A DNA stretch of 64,000 bases. It comes from Yuukianura sp. NJ FZ-2021 (lineage: Eukaryota). The notes under the pieces are model-generated. The model saw nothing but the letters and a program-made list of their open reading frames with translations. It did not search any database and was not told where the DNA came from. Numbering within the stretch: position 1 is the stretch's first letter; each line of letters starts with the position of its first letter. The DNA lies in contig CM102290.1 in NCBI GenBank assembly GCA_046563655.1, forward strand, positions 10,230,001-10,294,000, in the 5' to 3' direction. Positions 53,387 to 62,200 of this stretch are shown piece by piece. The translations under genes were made by a program, and so were the position numbers.

Positions 53387-55944
53387 TTCGAATGTTGAAT
53401 TTTTATACCTAAGTCTCGTCTTCCTGTTGTGTTTTGAAACTTCTAGAAGTAGAAATGAAAAATGTCAACTCGCGATTACGCAGCAATGTCGTTTAAATTG
53501 TCACTACTCACACGCCAATAATCAAATAAGAACAATTACTTACGAATATGATAATAACGCAAGAAGGAACACTGCAACAAAATAAAAAGAATTTTTACAC
53601 ACAATATCAATCACAATTTAGAAATACGATAATTCTGAATTCAATTGACAAAAGTTTTCCTCCAACAAGTATTACTTGACAGGAGTATGCGGGTGACTAA
53701 TTACTCTTGAAGTTAACTTCAATTAAGTAAAAACTCATCACTTTGTCGTTGTCCTTTCTGTTGATTTAACTTTTTAACTTCAAATTTGTTTTGCTTTTGA
53801 TTCTTTTCTATTTTCTCGAAATGAGTTCCCGCACTTGTCATCTCATACGTGTAGTAGAAGTGCCTAATTCTCAGAAAAGACTGAAAATACTCAACAGTTT
53901 GTTTTTCTCTTTCTGTAAAAAATACATTAATATAAAATTACATTATATATAATATAAATAACATAATAATAAATAATGTAAATAACAATATAAAATACAT
54001 TACAAAAAATACTGTAAGTTTTTCTAGTTTGCACGGTTTCTTGAAACAAAAAACCAAAAAACCATGTTTTTTTTTTTGAATAAACCAAAACCCAGTTTTA
54101 GTGCAAATTAGTGTGGAAAATGTGTATTTAGGTAATTGAAAAATTGTGAAAATTATAGGTAGTTAATTTTTCTACTTTTCACTAAAAATGGACAACTGAA
54201 GAGAAAAAGTCTTAAATAGTAGAAGACCAAGACGCAGAATATACTACATAATACATCAATTTGTGTAGAATCCGCTATTTCAAAGCGTAAAATTTCGAAA
54301 TTTCTGCGTTTTCCATTCTAATTTCTGCATTTGATTTAAAGGTTTAAAAAAAACAATTGGTTGGTTTAAACCAACGAAACCCTGAGAATAATTAAAATTA
54401 ATTACTTTGCAATTTACAAAGTAATTAATAATTAAAGTAAATAGTACTATTAATTCATACCATCTCCAAATTCACAAAGAACTTGAAAATCCAAAAAAAA
54501 AAAGACAAAGCAAGGAGTTAACTATGAAGTTTATCCGAAAATAACTTCATCAGAACCAGCCCCCTGCAAATGGCGCCCATAGCCACCAACGCAATTTTTT
54601 GTTTGTGACGTCACCAGCTGAAAAATACCGTAATCGTGAAATTGGAACCCGCTGGCATTTATGTAAACAACATGTGTCTTACGGGTTTCTATAGGACACC
54701 ACCAACAATTGGCAGAATTCCGGTATTTTCAGCGGGTGACGTCATTTTTTTTTCCACATGGCAACCAAACAAATTCTCCATTCGCACTACCTAGTAGTAT
54801 TCTATATAACCTTGATCAGAACTGACTTAATTTGTTATGAGTTTCAATTAAGAATCAGTTAACTCCGTTAATAATTGAGGAAGATGCATGAATTTATTAC
54901 TAATGAAGTTATTGAATGTCCAGGATTATTTTCCTTAGTGATCAACCACTTTCTTCAACAACTGCTTTCTTCGTAGCCACGAATTGTGGGCTCAATCGTA
55001 AAAACGAGAAGTGTTTCAGTAATCGTAATTATTAATCCTACCTAATTAGTTAAAACAATAATAGTAAGACCCAGTCACAACACTTGTAATGCATATATGG
55101 CCACTATTCAACTTAGTTATATCTCTTCCTTATTAGTAAATGTAATAAATCCATCAAGGGGACTATTATGTCACACTCACAACCTAAAACGTTTCTTCCC
55201 TCTGACACAACTTAAATCCCAATAGCTAAAACAACAAAGGTTTGATTAATGACGCCCCTTCGGTGGGTTCACATTCACAATGTGAATTTCACATACTACA
55301 GCTCAAGCATCACGAAACTAACTACACAGTCCACAAATTGATACATGCTAGACGTCACATTAATGTCTGTCACTAAATCGTTAATTGGTCTAGGGTTGAT
55401 AATACTTCCTGGAAGTTACTCTGAACAAACGAGCTCCATCAACTACTAGATTAGTTCAGGAGGGAATGAACAATTAAGAATAATAGAAACACTGTGAGGA
55501 CTTGTGACAATGACAATAGTACTCAAGACAAAAAGGTTCACTAGACACTGGCACATCGCCGCACGTCACCTTAGTTGACTGTAGTTAGCTAAAGGAAGGG
55601 AAGATGTTCGTCTCCATCTGTCACAAGCAAACTTTATAAAAGGAAGAAGTCAATGAATGAAGAAGTCGAACATGACCTTAGAAACTGGCCAATTACCCGC
55701 CTTAAGGACGTGTGATATGCGTCTAATAAACAATAATCGTTAAATTTAGTAACCACGATAACCGAGCTTTTGCAGTTAGTAAAAGATGCAGACATCGACA
55801 AAAAGAAACACCATCGTGAGTGGTGAAAAACGATCAGTGCAAAGTTGATCAGAAAAGTGTGGACTTTCAAACAAACAAAATACTGACTCAAGTTCGGTTG
55901 CCGTCGTTTGGGTTTTGTCAACAACTTTACTGAGAATGCGACAT

Positions 55945-56237
55945 TGAAATTCAAAAATGGTTTTGGTCAGCGTAGGAATGTCGTACAGTAACCTACAATA
56001 TATCAAACTTTAGGAAAAGACTTGATCTAGTTTCTCGCTGAAAAAAAATTACAAAATTTTAGTTGTAACTGTAAAAAAAATGGACCCAAACATTCCACCT
56101 CCATATTTACATAGATGGAACTAAAACTTTGTAATTTTTTTTCAGCGAGAAACTAGATCAAGTCTTTTCCTAAAGTTTGATATATTGTGGGTCATTGTAC
56201 GACCTTTCTACGATGTCCGAGATCATTTTTCATTTCA
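55945..56237. repeat. Long inverted repeat (foldback/MITE-like hairpin) just downstream of the Lin-7 stop codon
   Basis: 55995-56055 is the perfect 61-bp reverse complement of 56128-56188. Imperfect pairing extends outward to about 55945/56237 and inward toward a short loop. Confidence 0.9.
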
Positions 56238-56286
56238 TGTGTTACAGCGGCATTTTGACCCCCAGTTTCCAGGGTGTCCGCACACC

Positions 56287-59200
56287 TTAATACTGCTGTT
56301 GTCGTCTCCGAGCTGCACGTTGCTTGTCAAATCGAAGCTCCATTTCTTCCAGAACTTTTGGGGTATAACGAACTACAAGTTTGACTGAACCCTGAGCTGC
56401 CTTGAGTAATTCTACCGCCTTCTCATGGTTTTCACCGTCAACAGACTGAGAACAGAACAAAAATGTTTAGTTGTGTTAGATAAGTAGTAGAGTGTAGGAT
56501 CGGAGGTTTGCCTCATTTATTTTTAGCTCAGCCGCGGGGGCTAGTCGGGCGCAATATTGGGGAGGGGAAAAAACCTCAAAATGACAAAAAGTTTACCTCA
56601 TTTATTTTTAGCTCAGCCGCGGGGGCTAGTCGGGCGCAATATTGGGGAGGGAAAACCCCTCAAAAAATACATAATGACAAAATCTCAACATCTAAAATGA
56701 GATAATGTCAAAAGTGCCAACAACAAAAAGGCCGACATCAAAAAGGTCGACAACAAAAAAGTCAAACACAAGTATTGGAATTTTTCCATAGAAAATTCGA
56801 ACATTGACTCTAGCCTAGTATCTATATGCTTGTAACTACTTCGCTGCGACCGCTGTTTCGAATACCACACGGGTCAACGCTTGTGGTTAAGAAGTTACAA
56901 GTACTTAGATACAAGATTGGGGTCAATGTTATTGCTATTTTCAAATTTTTTTGGTTGAGGATTAAAAAAGTTCTAAAACCAATTCTCTAGAAAAATGTTT
57001 TTTGAAAAATTCTAAAATAGTAATTCAACCCTTTTCTTGGAAAAGGCTCGCTTCTGTTGGAAAACGTATCCCCCAATATTTTAAAAGATGGCTACAGAGT
57101 ACAAAGTATTTAAGCTGAAACGCTTGAACACCTCATGGCTACAGCATTGGATTTATCCAGCCCAGTCCTGGGGAAGCCTTTGGGCCATGTGAGCCAGCCC
57201 TTGGACGCCAGCCCTTGGACACCAGCCCTTGGACGCCAGCCCTTGGACACCAGCCCCTTGGACGCCAGCCCTTGGACGCCAGCCCTCAATTCGCATGAAT
57301 TTTTAACGTAATATAACAACTTCACTGCATAATACAATGGCCTCTCTACATAATACAATGGCCTCTCTGCATAATACAATGGCCTCTCTGTATAATACAA
57401 TGGCCTCTCTGTATAATACAATGGCCTCTCTGTATAATACAATGGCCTCTCTGTATAATACAATGGCCTCTCTGTATAATACAATGGCCTCTCTGCATAA
57501 TACAATGGCCTCTCTGCATATTACAATGGCCCAGTTGTATAATACCACAACGTCATTACATAATGCCGAGTTTATTCTGTACAACATAGCGAGTTTGCGA
57601 GAGTAAAGTCTAGACTTTGTCAATGTCACGGGAACTTACTCCGTGAGTACACCTTGCAGAGTTCTTCCTCGGGATTATTTCCCGCAGGTAACCTGCCTTC
57701 GAGAGTCAGATCATCGTCAATACCATGGTCACGTTGTATAATACCATGGTCGCATTGTATAATACCATGGTCACATTGTATAATACCATGGTCACGTTGT
57801 ATAATACCATGGTCACGTTGTATAATGCCATGGTCACGTTGTATAATACAATAACCTCACTGCATAATACAACATTTTTTGTCAATTTTACATCCAACCA
57901 CCACCACCACCACCACAACCCCAACGTGCCCACCCTTGCAAAAGTATAAATAGCGACGTTGACTTGCTCATCTCTCAGTTTCATTTCAGACGTTGAGCTG
58001 TGAAGACGTGAAGATTTTACCATCTGGAGCGGTTAGGCTAACAGTCATGGCGCAAAAATACATTCTTGTTCACCAAGACGACTACAACAGTCTACTGGAT
58101 CAGCTTGAGACATATGAGTCTCAGCAAAACAGCCCTTGCAAAAGTTATTTTGGAGAAAAGCAAATCCATGATGGTTTTTTGCTTGATACTAAACCCGTAC
58201 AATACTTACAGCAACATACAATGAACATGTCTCAGAGCCGTGGACCAATGGAGCTTCATGAGCGTAATTCGCGAGATTCTGGGAACAACATTCCAATCGA
58301 ACTTCAGAATCATATGATGCAAACGGAATTACGCCAGAACTGGGAAAATCAACGGAAGCAAAGGGAAGGCTACGTCAATGTGAACGTTGTAAACGATAGG
58401 CGGTTGAATGATATGGCTACAAGTCACTTTACCGGATGGGATGGTGGACCGGAAAAGTCAGCCAGAAAAACCGAAGACAGATATGACCGAATTACGACCT
58501 GGTCAGAAAATCCAACGAATGGTTGGTCAAATACTGTGGTAAAGCCGAATGACGCGCTCGAGATGCCATTTTCCAAAAGATTTAAAAAAGAATCGCAAAT
58601 AGCGAAAGATGAAACGCCGACAGCAGCACCGACAACTCCACCGTTTACTCTGGACCAGTTTTCAGCTGTTGGAAAGCAGCTAGCACAATTTTTTGTAGCA
58701 AATGGAGCAACCTTTGCGAACAATAGCGTTAGTCTGGGTGATGCCAACATACCCAGGAGCGAGTTCGAGGAGGGAATACGAAAACTTGCGGATGGAAGAT
58801 ATAAGTTGACAAGACAAATGATTCCTGTCATCGTAGACTTTATGATTCAGACAGGCATTCCAAAATATCTGCTTCCGATCAGCCACCGAGGCTTGCTCGG
58901 TCGAGATGAACCCGAAAAGCTTTCTCGAAATCGCCCGCACGTGGAAAGTGATGTAGAAAATGAAGAAGAAGAAGATGACGAGGAAGACGAGGGGGATGAA
59001 GAAGGGGAAGAAGAAGTAGAAGAAGAATTAGAAGAAGAGGAGGAAAACGAGGAAGACGAAAGGGATGAAGAAGGGGAAGAAGAGTATAGACAAACTGGAG
59101 GAGCTAAACCATCACCAGGTCCCATACGACATTATCAATTTCTCCACCAGATGAACCAACACTCCCCTATTGTACGCGAGACACTTCTCTCCACAGCGTC

Positions 59201-62200
59201 TCCTGGTCAAATTCTTGGGTTACACAAATGTGTTCAGGACGTATTCCAGGGCAACATTCCTATTGAGGCCACCGTCAAAAATATCTTGAGACCGCATCGA
59301 TATAAGATTAAACGTGTTGCAGAAGCTAAAGGATCGATTGAAGACAAGAAAAAACTACTTATACAGCACGGTGGGTTCCTGCCAGCTCTTCTCGCTGCCG
59401 CATTACCAATACTTGGAGAGTTTCTCACTAGCGTAATTTCGTAGAATTATACACCTTTATGACTGTATATTCGTTAGATTCCGAATTTTCAAAATAAAAA
59501 ACTTGAAAATAGAAATTTTATCGTGTAATGTGTTTATTCATTCATTCATTAGCATAGATTCGACAATTTTCAGGAAATATATTATCTCTAATGCGAAACA
59601 AATCATTTTGTCGTTGAGTTAAATCGATGAATAGATATCCATATTGCTTTAACATGCATTCCTTGTAGGCTTCTTCCATGGTTGTATTCTTCTTTCCTCC
59701 ATTCATCTGACGTCCAAGACAAGCTACAAATTGAGAGTCTCGCGGATTCTTCATTAGAGCAATGTAGTGACAGTTTGACGTGATTTCTTTCATATTCCTG
59801 TGAAAAAGTTTTGCACAAGAATGATGAGTGATACGTTGCGGTGATGCGAAGTCCTTGTGAACGCAGCTCCAACTTCTCCGTTTTTGCCTGCTTCATGCAT
59901 CAAATCGTCAAGGACGACGACTGACGGCTTGTCGGTTCCGTCATGCCATTTTTCAGGAAGTCCACGATGAAATTGTATAGTTGGAATCTTGGTCTTCAAT
60001 TCTCCAAACAGCGTAGGCTGGAACTCAGTGTAACAATACATGATACGTTCCAAGGGCTTGTCAATATTAGTCTCGATAATTTCGTTTCGTCGTAGAAGTA
60101 TTTGCTTCACAAGGGTGCTTTTGCCGCTCTGAGTCATTCCACTGATGCACATAGTAAACGGTGCAACCAAATGCGGGTCAAACTTTTTCCCAGAGTGTAC
60201 ATGTCGAAACATAGTAGATTTTTCCCGCTGATTCATGCATACCTGAAGCATTTTCGATACTGCGATGCTACTATGACAAGTTAACTTGTGTCGTTTCAAT
60301 GCGTCCCTTCGTGAGAATTGTCTGCAGCAAATATCGCACGCTGTACTGGTATCCATGATGTATAGTCCACAGAATCTTCACGTCTTCACAACTCAACGTC
60401 TGAAATGAAACTGAGAGATGAGCAAGTCCACGTCGCTATTTATACTTTTGCAAGGGTGGGCACGTTGGGGTTGTGGTGGTGGTGGTGGTGGTTGGATGTA
60501 AAATTGACAAAAAATGTTGTATTATGCAGTGAGGTTATTGTATTATACAACGTGACCATGGCATTATACAACGTGACCATGGTATTATACAACGTGACCA
60601 TGGTATTATACAATGTGACCATGGTATTATACAATGCGACCATGGTATTATACAACGTGACCATGGTATTGACGATGATCTGACTCTCGAAGGCAGGTTA
60701 CCTGCGGGAAATAATCCCGAGGAAGAACTCTGCAAGGTGTACTCACGGAGTAAGTTCCCGTGACATTGACAAAGTCTAGACTTTACTCTCGCAAACTCGC
60801 TATGTTGTACAGAATAAACTCGGCATTATGTAATGACGTTGTGGTATTATACAACTGGGCCATTGTAATATGCAGAGAGGCCATTGTATTATGCAGAGAG
60901 GCCATTGTATTATACAGAGAGGCCATTGTATTATACAGAGAGGCCATTGTATTATACAGAGAGGCCATTGTATTATACAGAGAGGCCATTGTATTATACA
61001 GAGAGGCCATTGTATTATGCAGAGAGGCCATTGTATTATGTAGAGAGGCCATTGTATTATGCAGTGAAGTTGTTATATTACGTTAAAAATTCATGCGAAT
61101 TGAGGGCTGGCGTCCAAGGGCTGGCGTCCAAGGGGCTGGTGTCCAAGGGCTGGCGTCCAAGGGCTGGTGTCCAAGGGCTGGCGTCCAAGGGCTGGCTCAC
61201 ATGGCCCAAAGGCTTCCCCAGGACTGGGCTGGATAAATCCAATGCTGTAGCCATGAGGTGTTCAAGCGTTTCAGCTTAAATACTTTGTACTCTGTAGCCA
61301 TCTTTTAAAATATTGGGGGATACGTTTTCCAACAGAAGCGAGCCTTTTCCAAGAAAAGGGTTGAATTACTATTTTAGAATTTTTCAAAAAACATTTTTCT
61401 AGAGAATTGGTTTTAGAACTTTTTAATCCTCAACCAAAAAAATTTGAAAATAGCAATAACATTGACCCCAATCTTGTATCTAAGTACTTGTAACTTCTTA
61501 ACCACAAGCGTTGACCCGTGTGGTATTCGAAACAGCGGTCGCAGCGAAGTAGTTACAAGCATATAGATACTAGGCTAGAGTCAATGTTCGAATTTTCTAT
61601 GGAAAAATTCCAATACTTGTGTTTGACTTTTTTGTTGTCGACCTTTTTGATGTCGGCCTTTTTGTTGTTGGCACTTTTGACATTATCTCATTTTAGATGT
61701 TGAGATTTTGTCATTATGTATTTTTTGAGGGGTTTTCCCTCCCCAATATTGCGCCCGACTAGCCCCCGCGGCTGAGCTAAAAATAAATGAGGTAAACTTT
61801 TTGTCATTTTGAGGTTTTTTCCCCTCCCCAATATTGCGCCCGACTAGCCCCCGCGGCTGAGCTAAAAATAAATGAGGCAAACCTCCGATCCTACACTCTA
61901 CTTAAGTACAAACTACTTGAGCAGTTTGTGATTATTTAGCTTGTTACACTTACGACACCGTTGACTGACAAAAGCTGGTCACCCCTTTTGAGACCCCCAT
62001 GTCGATCAGCAACTCCTCCAGGAATAATCCTAGAGATGTAGATGGGAGAGTTCTGTTCCCTTCCACCCATGACATTGAATCCTAGTCCTTCATCCGTCTT
62101 TGGAAGTTCGACCACACGGGGATGAGCATGACCTTCACTGGCAGCGAACGCAGCAACTGTGGCCTTTGCTGTCGCTGACGCTCGGATGTCCGGTGACCCT

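Larger units (their letters stand above)
56486..58016 (+). repeat. Left terminal inverted repeat (1,531 bp)
   Basis: Reverse complement of 60373-61902. By eye I found only two substitutions near the inner end and a 1-bp homopolymer indel at ~56965. The ORF track shows identical mirrored ORFs in the two copies. Confidence 0.97.
56486..61902. mobile_element. Non-autonomous miniature Maverick/Polinton-like element, 5,417 bp, with ~1.53-kb TIRs
   Basis: Ends are AGTAGAGTGTAGGATCGG...CCGATCCTACACTCTACT, flanked by TAAGT at 56481-56485 and 61903-61907. It encodes a Polinton-type A32/FtsK-like ATPase. Removing the element and one TSD copy leaves an 86-bp intron, typical for this window. Confidence 0.9.

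Noticed and set aside
57328..57871. CRISPR-like appearance of the 21-bp arrays
   Set aside because: The repeats are head-to-tail with no unique spacers, there are no cas genes, and the context is eukaryotic.
57110..57949. Repetitive ORFs ([28 protein letters not shown]) in the TIRs and their mirror copies at 60405-61279
   Set aside because: They are by-products of 21-bp and 14-bp tandem arrays that are open in several frames and on both strands. They lie upstream of the promoter and show no coding signal.
58424..59125. Antisense ORFs including a poly-Ser ORF (58847-59125)
   Set aside because: They are shadows of ORF1 and its GAA-rich acidic tract.
56486..61902. Assembly artefact (inverted duplication from chimeric reads)
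   Set aside because: Unlikely: there are precise AG...CT ends, a TSD, small differences between the arms, a unique coding core, and a normal-sized intron is restored on removal. Long-read confirmation is still advisable.
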